From an uncultured Oscillospiraceae bacterium (lineage in GTDB: Bacteria > Bacillota > Clostridia > Oscillospirales > Oscillospiraceae): a stretch of DNA of 64,000 nt. The notes under the pieces are model-generated. The model saw nothing but the letters and a program-made list of their open reading frames with translations. It had not been told where the DNA came from and did no database searches. Location: NCBI GenBank assembly GCA_964401725.1, contig CAYNZM010000002.1, positions 3,711 to 67,710 on the forward strand, in the 5' to 3' direction. This document shows, piece by piece, positions 56,538 through 64,000 of the stretch. The stretch's first letter is position 1. Every line of letters starts with the position of its first letter. Made by a program: the position numbers and the translations under genes.

Positions 56538-58424
56538 ATGATAAACTTCCTGACAGACATCTTCGCCCATGTGATGGACTTCTGCTATGGGCTTCTGCCC
56601 AATTGGATCGCGGCCATCGCGCTGTTCACGCTGCTGACGAAGCTCTTGCTGCTGCCGGTGTCCCTGTGGTCCAATCGCAACGGCCTCAAGATGGTCTCCA
56701 TCCTGCCCCGGGTGAACCGCATCAAAGCGGAGTTTTACGGCGACCGGGAGCGCATCGACGAGGCCACCGCGGCGATGTATAAGCAGACGGGCTATCATCC
56801 GCTCCTCACCATGGTGCCGCTTGCCATCCAGATCATCGTCCTGCTGGGACTCATCGGCGTCATCCACCGCATCGCGGACACGGGCACCGCGCCGGGCCTC
56901 GGCCTCGTGCCGGTGACGGATGGGGGAGCCGCGTGGCTCATGCCCCTCGCGGCGGCGGGAGCGGCGGTGATCCTGAGCCTTGCTCAGAACCGCGTGAACC
57001 CCCTCCAGCGGGAGCAGTCCCGCCCGGAGCAGCTCGTAACAAACGGCATCTCCGTGGGCATTTCCTTGGTCCTCGGCGCGTTCGTGTCCGTGGGCGTCGC
57101 GCTGTACTGGAGCTTCTCGAACCTCATGACCATTGGCGTACAGCTTCTGTGTAACCTCCTCCAGCCGCCGAAAAACTACGTCGATTACGCGGACCTCGCC
57201 GCCAGCCGGGAGGAGCTGCGGAAGCTCGATTCCATGGGCCCGACCCAGACCAAGGAGCTCAAGGCCCGGGAAAAAGCCGACTACAAGCGCTTTTTCTCCG
57301 TGGTGAACAAGAAGCTCGTCTTCTACTCCGAGGGCAGCGGGTTTTACAAATACTTCCAGAATATCATATCCGAGCTTCTCCGCCGGTCCAACGTGACCAT
57401 CCACTACATCACCTCCGACCCCAACGACCAGATTTTTGCCATTGCGAAATCCGAACCCCGCATCCATCCGTACTACATCGGCGAGCGCCGGATGATCACC
57501 ATGTTCATGAAGCTGGACGCGGACATCGTCTGCATGACCATGCCGGACCTGGAAACGTACCAGTACAAACGCTCCTACGTCCGCAGGGACATCGAGTACG
57601 TCTACATCTTCCACGGGATGTTCTCGGGCCTTGTGACCCTCCGCAGCGGCGCTCTGGACCACTTCGACACGCTCCTGACCCCCACCCCGGGCTTCGAGGA
57701 GGAGATGCGGGCCTGGAACCGGGTCCACGGCCTGCCGGACCAGCGCATGGTCCCCTGCGGATACGGCGTCATCGACAACATGGCCGCCCAGTACGACGCC
57801 ATGGAAACAACCGACCACGACCCGAAAACCGTCCTCATCGCTCCCTCCTGGCAGGAGGGGAACGTGCTGGATTCCTGCCTGGCGGACCTGGCGGAGCCTC
57901 TTCTCGCGGCGGGGTACGACATTACCGTCCGGCCCCACCCCCAGTATCTCCGGCGGTTTCCCCAGCGCTTCGAGGCGATAAAATCCGCCAGCGCGGGGTA
58001 TGCCCCGGACCGCTTCCGCTTCCAGACGGATTTCAGCTCCAACGAGACGGTGTTTTCCGCGGACATCCTGGTGACGGACTGGTCCAACATCGGCTACGAA
58101 TACGCCGTGGCGACGAAAAAACCCGTCCTCTTCGTGAACACCCCCCGGAAGCTCGTAAACGACGACTGGACGGAGGAGGACGTAAAAAAATACGCCCCGG
58201 ACGACAATATCCGCTCCCTGCTGGGGGTGGCGGTGGAGCCGGAGGCGGTCCGGGATCGCGCGGCGTCCATCGCCGGGGACATGCTCGCCCACCGGGAGGA
58301 CTACGCCGACGTCATCGAATCCGTGCGCCGGGAGAGGCTCTACCACTTCGGGGAGAGCGGCGTTTACGGCGCGAAATACCTCCTGGGACGCATCCTGGAA
58401 AACCAGAAGAAAGCGAAGGAATAA
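56538..58424 (+). CDS. Fusion: YidC/Oxa1-like five-TM module and TagF-like CDP-alcohol phosphotransferase domain
   Basis: N-terminal half: LFTLLTKLLLLPVSLW, MYKQTGYHPL and GVALYWSFSNLMTIGVQ (YidC core). C-terminal half: VLIAPSWQEG, VRPHPQ and ILVTDWSNIGYEYAVATKKPVLFV (Glyphos_transf pattern). Confidence 0.7.
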   Translation: MINFLTDIFAHVMDFCYGLLPNWIAAIALFTLLTKLLLLPVSLWSNRNGLKMVSILPRVNRIKAEFYGDRERIDEATAAMYKQTGYHPLLTMVPLAIQIIVLLGLIGVIHRIADTGTAPGLGLVPVTDGGAAWLMPLAAAGAAVILSLAQNRVNPLQREQSRPEQLVTNGISVGISLVLGAFVSVGVALYWSFSNLMTIGVQLLCNLLQPPKNYVDYADLAASREELRKLDSMGPTQTKELKAREKADYKRFFSVVNKKLVFYSEGSGFYKYFQNIISELLRRSNVTIHYITSDPNDQIFAIAKSEPRIHPYYIGERRMITMFMKLDADIVCMTMPDLETYQYKRSYVRRDIEYVYIFHGMFSGLVTLRSGALDHFDTLLTPTPGFEEEMRAWNRVHGLPDQRMVPCGYGVIDNMAAQYDAMETTDHDPKTVLIAPSWQEGNVLDSCLADLAEPLLAAGYDITVRPHPQYLRRFPQRFEAIKSASAGYAPDRFRFQTDFSSNETVFSADILVTDWSNIGYEYAVATKKPVLFVNTPRKLVNDDWTEEDVKKYAPDDNIRSLLGVAVEPEAVRDRAASIAGDMLAHREDYADVIESVRRERLYHFGESGVYGAKYLLGRILENQKKAKE

Positions 58425-58427
58425 GCC

Positions 58428-59228
58428 ATGCTCATCCGCTGCAACGACAGCGACATCCCCCGGGTCCGGGACTACATCGGGGAGGACAAAACTCTCTGCT
58501 TCTACTTCTATATGGACATGCTGGCCTGCGGCACGGAGGCCGAGGGTCTCGGTATGTGGACCTGCGAACAGGACGGGACCATCACCGCCGCGGCCTATCG
58601 CTACTACGACGCTCTGCATCTCTACAGCCGCACCGGCATCGACCCACAGGAGCTTCTGCCTCTCCTTCGGGAGCTGGACCCCAAGGTCATCACGGGAAAG
58701 CAGGCGGACATAGACCGTCTCGCGCCGCTGCTTCCCCCGGGGCGGTACGCCTATGAGCTGAGCCACGTCATCACCGCCGACAAGGAGATGGACGGCAGAA
58801 GCGAGCTTACCGTCACTCCGGCGGGGGAGGCGGATATCCCGGAGATCGCGTCCCTCATGATGACGGAGCACATCTACAACACCGTTTACACCTACGACAG
58901 CCTGTGCGAGAGCCTCATCCGCCGGGTGAGGGAGGGCTTCGGACGGCTCTTCGTCATGCGGACGGGGGACGGCCGTCTCGCCGCCACCAACGCTCTGTCT
59001 GCGGAGACGGAGGAATTCGCCGTCATCAACGGCCTCGTGACGAACCCGGACATGCGGGGCCAGGGCCTGGGCCGGGCCATCACCGCCAGCACCTGGAATC
59101 TCGTTCGGGACGAGGGGAAGCGTGGCCTTGCCTTCCTCGGGGCGGACAACGAAAACACCCTGTCCCTCCATCGGCGCATGGGATATACGTTTTTGGGGCT
59201 TTACGCACGGTTAATTCGGGAGGATTGA
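58428..59228 (+). CDS. Two-domain GNAT-family N-acetyltransferase
   Basis: C-terminal acetyl-CoA motif NPDMRGQGLGRAIT. There is a 3-nt gap to each neighbouring gene. Confidence 0.7.
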   Translation: MLIRCNDSDIPRVRDYIGEDKTLCFYFYMDMLACGTEAEGLGMWTCEQDGTITAAAYRYYDALHLYSRTGIDPQELLPLLRELDPKVITGKQADIDRLAPLLPPGRYAYELSHVITADKEMDGRSELTVTPAGEADIPEIASLMMTEHIYNTVYTYDSLCESLIRRVREGFGRLFVMRTGDGRLAATNALSAETEEFAVINGLVTNPDMRGQGLGRAITASTWNLVRDEGKRGLAFLGADNENTLSLHRRMGYTFLGLYARLIRED

Positions 59229-59231
59229 GAT

Positions 59232-61031
59232 ATGCAGGCATTGATGCTGGCCGCCGGCATGGGCAAACGCCTGGGAGCCTATACGAACAATCAAACGAAA
59301 TGCATGGTGCAGGTGGGGGGCAGGACCTTGCTGGAGCACGCCGCGGAGGCCCTGCGGCAGGCAGGCATCCGGAAGTTCACCCTGGTGGTGGGGTATGAGG
59401 GCGAAAAGCTCAAGGCTTTCGCCCGGGAGAAGCTCGCGGACTTCGACCTCACCTTCGTGGAGAACCCGGACTACGCCGCCACGAACAACATCTATTCCCT
59501 GTATCTCGCTCGGGAGGTCCTGACCTCGGACGACACGATCCTCCTGGAGTCGGACCTCATCTACGAGCCACGGCTCATCCGGGAGCTCATGGACTTCGAC
59601 GCCCCCAACGTGGTGGCCGTGGCGAAATACCGGCCCTGGATGGATGGGACCATGACCCTCGTGGACGAGAACGGCGTCATCACAGAATTCGTGGAGAAGC
59701 GGGATTTCCGCTTTGACCGGGCGGAGGAATACTGCAAGACCGTGAACGTCTATAAGTTCAGCCGGTCCTTCTCCGCGGACCAGTACGAGCCCTTTCTCAG
59801 CGCCTACATCCGGGCCTATGGGGACAACCAGTACTACGAGATGGTCCTCAAAGCCCTCGCTCACCTGCCGTTTGCGGGCCTGCGGGCGTACGAGCTCGGG
59901 GACATCAAGTGGTACGAGATCGACGACGCTCAGGACCTCGACATCGCAAACACGCTGTTTGCTCCCCCGGCGGAGCGTCTCCACGCCTACGGACGGCATT
60001 TTGGGGGCTACTGGCGGTATGACCGTCTGCGGGATTTCTGCTATCTCGTGAACCCTTACTATCCGCCCCGGAAGATGCAGGACCAGATGCGGTACATGTA
60101 CGATGCCCTGCTGACCCAGTACCCCTCCGGCATGGCGGATATGCGGCTGCTCGCCGGGAAGATGTTCGGCATAAAGCAGGAGCATATCCTCGTTGGCAAC
60201 GGTGCCGCGGAGCTCATCAACACCCTGGGCCGTATTCTTTCCGGCAAAACGGCGGTGACCCTCCCGGCCTTCAACGAGTACGTCCGCTGTTTCCCGGACT
60301 GCGCGTTTACCCATATCCCCCTCGCGGAGACGGGCTATTGCTTCGATCTCCACCGGCTGCGGGAAGCTGCGGCCTCCTGCGGGAATCTCATCCTCGTCAA
60401 TCCCGACAACCCCACCGGCGCCTTCCTCGCGAAAAACGAGGTCCTGGAGCTCTGTGAGATCACCCGCGCCGCGGGGTCGAGGCTTATAGTGGACGAATCC
60501 TTCGTGGACTTTGCCGCGGGGGAGAAGCGCTTCACCCTCCTGGAGGACGATATTCTGAGCCGATTCCCGAACCTCGTCGTCGTGAAGAGCATCTCGAAAT
60601 CCTACGGCGTGCCCGGTCTGCGGCTCGGGGTCGTGGCCTCCGCCGACACAGAGCTTCTCGCCCGGATGAAGGACCTTCTCCCGGTGTGGAACATCAATTC
60701 CTTCGCGGAGTACTTCCTGCAGGTCAGCGGTCTGTACGCCGGGTCCTACGCCGCCGCCTGTGATCGCATCGCGGAGAACCGGCAGGGGATGATCGAGCGT
60801 CTTGCGTCGTATCCGTTTTTGACGCCCTGCCCCTCGGAGGCGAATTACGTGATGTGCCGGGTGGAGGGCATGACCTCCAAGGCCCTGGCGGATAAGCTCC
60901 TGGAGCGGGATATCCTCATAAAAGACCTTGCCCCGAAGGACGGCTTCGGCGGGGAGAGCTTCGTGCGCATCGCCGTCCGGGACGAGGCCGACAACGAGGC
61001 CCTGTACGCCGCGCTGGACGAGCTCGGCTGA
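59232..61031 (+). CDS. Fusion: LicC-like cytidylyltransferase and class I/II PLP-dependent aminotransferase/decarboxylase (HisC/CobD-like)
   Basis: N-terminal half: MLAAGMGKRLG, NNIYSLYLA and WYEIDDAQDL (LicC pattern). C-terminal half: NPDNPTG and the Lys motif SISKSYGVPGLRLG. Confidence 0.8.
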   Translation: MQALMLAAGMGKRLGAYTNNQTKCMVQVGGRTLLEHAAEALRQAGIRKFTLVVGYEGEKLKAFAREKLADFDLTFVENPDYAATNNIYSLYLAREVLTSDDTILLESDLIYEPRLIRELMDFDAPNVVAVAKYRPWMDGTMTLVDENGVITEFVEKRDFRFDRAEEYCKTVNVYKFSRSFSADQYEPFLSAYIRAYGDNQYYEMVLKALAHLPFAGLRAYELGDIKWYEIDDAQDLDIANTLFAPPAERLHAYGRHFGGYWRYDRLRDFCYLVNPYYPPRKMQDQMRYMYDALLTQYPSGMADMRLLAGKMFGIKQEHILVGNGAAELINTLGRILSGKTAVTLPAFNEYVRCFPDCAFTHIPLAETGYCFDLHRLREAAASCGNLILVNPDNPTGAFLAKNEVLELCEITRAAGSRLIVDESFVDFAAGEKRFTLLEDDILSRFPNLVVVKSISKSYGVPGLRLGVVASADTELLARMKDLLPVWNINSFAEYFLQVSGLYAGSYAAACDRIAENRQGMIERLASYPFLTPCPSEANYVMCRVEGMTSKALADKLLERDILIKDLAPKDGFGGESFVRIAVRDEADNEALYAALDELG

Positions 61032-61107
61032 GGGATTTTTACTTGCCAATCCCCGCGGGGGATGCTATACTAAACCGGATACAATAACAGAAAGAAGGAT
61101 AATCACC

Positions 61108-61368
61108 TTGAAAAAGCTCCGTTTCGCGTTTTTCTTCACCGGCATGGCCGTGGCGCTGATGGTCCCGGCCTTTGCGTATGTGGACCCCTCCGTGACCTCC
61201 ATGGCGATTCAGGCCGTGGCGGGCATCGTGGTGGCGGTAGCCGCCGTGGCAGGCGTGCTTTGGTCCAAGGCCAAGAAGAAGGCCAAGCAGGTCCTGAACA
61301 TCGACGAGAACGCCGGCAAGACCGTGGAGGCCGACGTCGTCATCACCGAGGACGAAAAGAAGGACTGA
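61108..61368 (+). CDS. Small membrane protein (two hydrophobic segments, Lys-rich then acidic tail)
   Basis: TTG start 8 nt after GAAGGA. Length is 86 aa. A 13-bp-stem terminator follows. No family was recognised. Confidence 0.45.
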   Translation: MKKLRFAFFFTGMAVALMVPAFAYVDPSVTSMAIQAVAGIVVAVAAVAGVLWSKAKKKAKQVLNIDENAGKTVEADVVITEDEKKD

Positions 61369-61392
61369 AAACCCGGGAAAACAAACAAGAAA

Positions 61393-61428
61393 CCGGCTCC
61401 GTTCCAACCAGGGAACGGAGCCGGTTTT
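61393..61428. terminator. Bidirectional intrinsic terminator
   Basis: 13-bp stem CCGGCTCCGTTCC/GGAACGGAGCCGG, flanked by AAA and TTTT. Confidence 0.75.
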
Positions 61429-61435
61429 GCCGCTG

Positions 61436-61870
61436 TCATGCCCCGTATTTATCGAATAAATACTCGATGGCGAGCTTGTAGCTCTCGAAGCCGCGGCCGG
61501 CAAAGGTCTTTTCGCAGGCCATGCCGGGGTAGGAGACGCGCCGGAAATCCTCCCGGGCGTTCACGTCGGAAAGATGCACCTCCGCCGCCGGGAGCGACAC
61601 CGCTTTCAGGGCGTCCAGGATCGCGACGCTCGTGTGGGTGTAGGCCGCGGGATTGATGACGATGCCGTCCACCACGCCGTACGCCGACTGGATCATGTCC
61701 ACGAGAACCCCCTCGTGGTTCGACTGGAAGACCTCGCACTCGATGCCGTGGCCGGCGCAGATCTCCCGGATGTACCGGTCCAGGTCGTCGTAGGTCCGGC
61801 GTCCGTAGATGTCCGGCTCGCGGATGCCGAGCATGTTGAGGTTTGGTCCGTTCAGGATGAGAAGCTTCAT
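61436..61870 (-). CDS. aroQ: Type II 3-dehydroquinate dehydratase
   Basis: ILNGPNLNMLGIREPDIYG, QSNHEG and INPAAYTHTS motifs. Confidence 0.9.
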   Translation of the reverse strand: MKLLILNGPNLNMLGIREPDIYGRRTYDDLDRYIREICAGHGIECEVFQSNHEGVLVDMIQSAYGVVDGIVINPAAYTHTSVAILDALKAVSLPAAEVHLSDVNAREDFRRVSYPGMACEKTFAGRGFESYKLAIEYLFDKYGA

Positions 61871-63090
61871 GGCAATGCCTCCAGGATCGCGTCCGCCGCG
61901 TGTTCGGCGGTGGTATCGTTTTCGATTTGGATGTCCGCAAAGCGCTCGTACAGCGGCTTTCGCGCCTCGTACAGAGCCGCGGGGGAGGTCCGCTGGGACA
62001 GGGGGCGGCCTTCGGTGGGGAGGGCGTTTACGTTCCGCCGGAGCCACACGAGCACGCCGTTCTGCCGCAGGAGAGGGTAGTTTTCCTCCCGGGTGACGCA
62101 GCCGCCGCCGGTGGCGATAATGGCCCCGGAGCGTTTCCCGAGGTCCGCGAGGACCTCCGTCTCCCGGCGTCGGAAGCCGGGTTCCCCCTCGGCGGCGAAG
62201 ATGTCCGGGATAGACATGCCTGTCCGACGGACGATCTCATCATCCGCGTCGAGAAGCTCCCGCCCCAGGCGCTCAGCGAGGATCGCTCCGACGGTGGATT
62301 TCCCGCAGCCCGGCATGCCGATGAGGACGATGTTCTCCATCTGCCGGGTGAGGTCCCGGGTGATGGTCTCCACTTGTCCGTCAGGGATGGATGTTTTTGC
62401 AAACTGCTCCGCCGAACCCCGGGCCTGGGCCACCAGCATCCGCAGGCCGTTGGCGCGGGGGATGCCCCGGGCCTCTGCCTCCAGCAGAAGCCGGGTCCGC
62501 AGGGGGTTGTAGATGAGGTCCAGCACCGCCTCCAGCCGGGGAAACGCCTCCAGATCGACCGGGGAGGCCTCTGTACTCGGGTACATGCCCACCGGCGTCG
62601 CGTTCACCAAAATCCGGGCGTCGGCATGGTTTGCGAGGTTTTCGTAGTTGTCCGGACCATGTCTCGAGATGCGGACGATGGGTTCCGCGTCCAGGTCTTT
62701 CAGCGCCGCGGCCACCGCGAGGGATGCCCCGCCGGTGCCGAGGACCACGGCCTTTTTCCCTGCCAGGGGGACGTTCAGGCTCCGGGCGAGGGCCAGGAAC
62801 CCCGCGTAGTCCGTGTTGTCCCCGTGCCAGCCCTCGGGGGTGCGGACGAGGGTGTTCACGCTGCCCACTGCCCGGGCCGCGGGGGATAGGCTCACGCAGA
62901 ATGGCATCACGGTCTTTTTGTAGGGGATCGTGACGTTCATGCCCGCGAGGTCCGTCGCGGCAAGGAAATCCGCCACCGCCCCCGGTTCGAGCTCGCAGAG
63001 GCCGTAGTCGTACCCCGCAAGGCGGGCGTGGATCGCCGGGGACCAGGAATGCCCCAGGTGCCGCCCCAGGAGCCCGAAGCTATTTCCCAT
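61867..63090 (-). CDS. Fused shikimate dehydrogenase / shikimate kinase
   Basis: N-terminal AroE (GHSWSPAIH, VLGTGGASLAV) and C-terminal AroK with P-loop GMPGCGKST. ATGA-type overlap with aroQ. Confidence 0.9.
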   Translation of the reverse strand: MGNSFGLLGRHLGHSWSPAIHARLAGYDYGLCELEPGAVADFLAATDLAGMNVTIPYKKTVMPFCVSLSPAARAVGSVNTLVRTPEGWHGDNTDYAGFLALARSLNVPLAGKKAVVLGTGGASLAVAAALKDLDAEPIVRISRHGPDNYENLANHADARILVNATPVGMYPSTEASPVDLEAFPRLEAVLDLIYNPLRTRLLLEAEARGIPRANGLRMLVAQARGSAEQFAKTSIPDGQVETITRDLTRQMENIVLIGMPGCGKSTVGAILAERLGRELLDADDEIVRRTGMSIPDIFAAEGEPGFRRRETEVLADLGKRSGAIIATGGGCVTREENYPLLRQNGVLVWLRRNVNALPTEGRPLSQRTSPAALYEARKPLYERFADIQIENDTTAEHAADAILEALP

Positions 63091-63358
63091 GGGACGACTC
63101 CATTCGCCGTGCCTGGTGTGCGCGGCTGGCGGACATAACGCTCTCGAAGATGCCCGCGATGCCCTCGGCGGTCTCCGGGCGGCAGGATGCTTTCACGGCG
63201 GCGAGCTTTTCCGCCTCCCGGGCGGCGTCCAGGATGGGCTTTCCCGTCCGGGCCTTGGCGTCCGCGATGGAAGAAGCCACGTCCATCCGCCGCTCCAGCA
63301 GGGAAATGATCTCCCCGTCGATGGCGTCGATCTCCCGGCGCAGGTCATTCAGCTCCAT
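63080..63358 (-). CDS. Chorismate mutase (AroQ-class, CM type 2)
   Basis: LNDLRREIDAIDGEIISLLERRMDVASSIADAK is the typical CM_2 helix. The gene overlaps both neighbours. Confidence 0.8.
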   Translation of the reverse strand: MELNDLRREIDAIDGEIISLLERRMDVASSIADAKARTGKPILDAAREAEKLAAVKASCRPETAEGIAGIFESVMSASRAHQARRMESSHGK

Positions 63359-64000
63359 GCCCCCGCCTCCTTTCCGGCATCGTAGACCGCGCAGGCCGCG
63401 GCGGCCTCCACCACCGGCACCGCCCGGGGCACGATGCAGGGATCGTGCCGTCCCCGGACCGTGAGCTTTGCGTTCTCGCGGGTCACGAGGTCCACGCTGT
63501 CCTGCTCCATGCCGATGCTGGGGGTGGGCTTCACGGCGGCCCGGAAGACGATGGGCATGCCCGTGGTGATGCCCCCCAGGATGCCCCCGGCGTGGTTTGT
63601 CCGGGTGCGGACCGTGCCGGATTTGTCGTAGTAAAAGGAGTCGTTGTTCTCGCTGCCGTGCATGGCTGCCGCGGCGAAACCCGCTCCGAACTCCACGCCC
63701 TTCACGGCGGGAATGCCAAAGATAAGCCGAGCGATACGGTTTTCCATGCCGTCGAACATGGGATCGCCGAGACCCGCGGGAACGCCCTCGCTGACGCATT
63801 CGATGATGCCCCCCACGGAATCCCCCGCGTCCTTTGCGGCCTGCAGGACGGTCTGCATGGCCTCGGGATCGGTCACCCCGCCGATGGAGGCGATGCGTGC
63901 ATGGATGGCGATGCTCTGGGCTTCCAAAAGCTGGATGGCGATACCCCCGGCCACGCAGAGGGATGCCGTCATCCGCCCGGAGAACTGCCCGCCCCCGGGA
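63349..64000 (-). CDS. aroC: Chorismate synthase, C-terminal part (5' end outside window)
   Basis: GGGQFSGRMTA, NHAGGILGGITTG and RGRHDPCIVPRA motifs. The frame is open to the window edge. Confidence 0.9.
   Translation of the reverse strand, partial: PGGGQFSGRMTASLCVAGGIAIQLLEAQSIAIHARIASIGGVTDPEAMQTVLQAAKDAGDSVGGIIECVSEGVPAGLGDPMFDGMENRIARLIFGIPAVKGVEFGAGFAAAAMHGSENNDSFYYDKSGTVRTRTNHAGGILGGITTGMPIVFRAAVKPTPSIGMEQDSVDLVTRENAKLTVRGRHDPCIVPRAVPVVEAAAACAVYDAGKEAGAWS

Noticed and set aside
55977-59171. 1064-aa minus-strand ORF, and similar long antisense ORFs (2124..3905+, 9735..11525+, 15230..16702+, 34716..36338-, 37036..38517-, 38562..40142-, 42749..44005-, 45035..47467+, 47577..48755+, 51605..53563-, 52780..54615+, 54711..55946-, 59211..61049-, 61900..62889+)
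   Set aside because: Each lies opposite a gene with clear family signatures and a proper SD and start. Their translations are repetitive G/R/H/D/V/L strings typical of antisense frames in GC-rich genomes.
59232-61031. Assigning the LicC::PLP fusion specifically to 2-aminoethylphosphonate (CMP-AEP) biosynthesis
   Set aside because: The window contains no PEP mutase or phosphonopyruvate decarboxylase. The PLP fold is the HisC/CobD class rather than a PhnW-like class. The headgroup is therefore left unassigned rather than called a phosphonate.
1-64000. Search for rRNA, tRNA, tmRNA, riboswitch-sized leaders and toxin-antitoxin or defence modules
   Set aside because: Intergenic gaps are short, mostly under 240 nt, and are explained by promoters and terminators. 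No cloverleaf-like or rRNA-like sequence was seen. No small paired ORFs, nucleases, methylases or cas-like genes were recognised. Covariance-model scans would be needed for certainty.

Overview
High-GC (roughly mid-60s % by eye, not computed) chromosomal segment from a spore-forming Firmicute of the class Clostridia; the taxon is inferred from gene content. I called 60 protein-coding genes and found no rRNA, tRNA, CRISPR array, transposase or integrase. Positions 1-47,500 are mostly core housekeeping genes in blocks syntenic with Bacillus: spoIID, yloU/yloV-like genes, PFOR, an ECF sigma/anti-sigma pair, rpsF-ssb-rpsR, yqfC-yqfD-phoH-ybeY-era-yqzL-recO, mutS2, ptsH, uvrC, rsmD-coaD, and a dcw cluster from mraZ to ftsZ. 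The more unusual material is listed here. (1) A tightly packed envelope-decoration locus at 53.4-61.4 kb contains two fusion proteins, YidC-like::TagF-like and LicC-like::PLP enzyme. (2) A P1B-type ATPase homologue at 47.6-49.8 kb has lost every catalytic motif and is translationally coupled to rlmB. (3) An AT-richer 1.2 kb islet at about 13.95-15.19 kb carries a membrane-tethered XRE/zinc-ribbon regulator, a TfoX-like gene and a 28-bp tandem repeat. (4) A rhomboid-like protein lacks an obvious catalytic His and sits next to an exported beta-propeller protein. High GC produces many very long stop-free antisense ORFs in the supplied track, which I rejected. Several track ORFs also carry spurious N-terminal extensions, which I trimmed using Shine-Dalgarno (SD) spacing, overlapping ATGA junctions and family-typical N-termini. 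All functional calls rest on motif or family recognition by eye. No searches were run.
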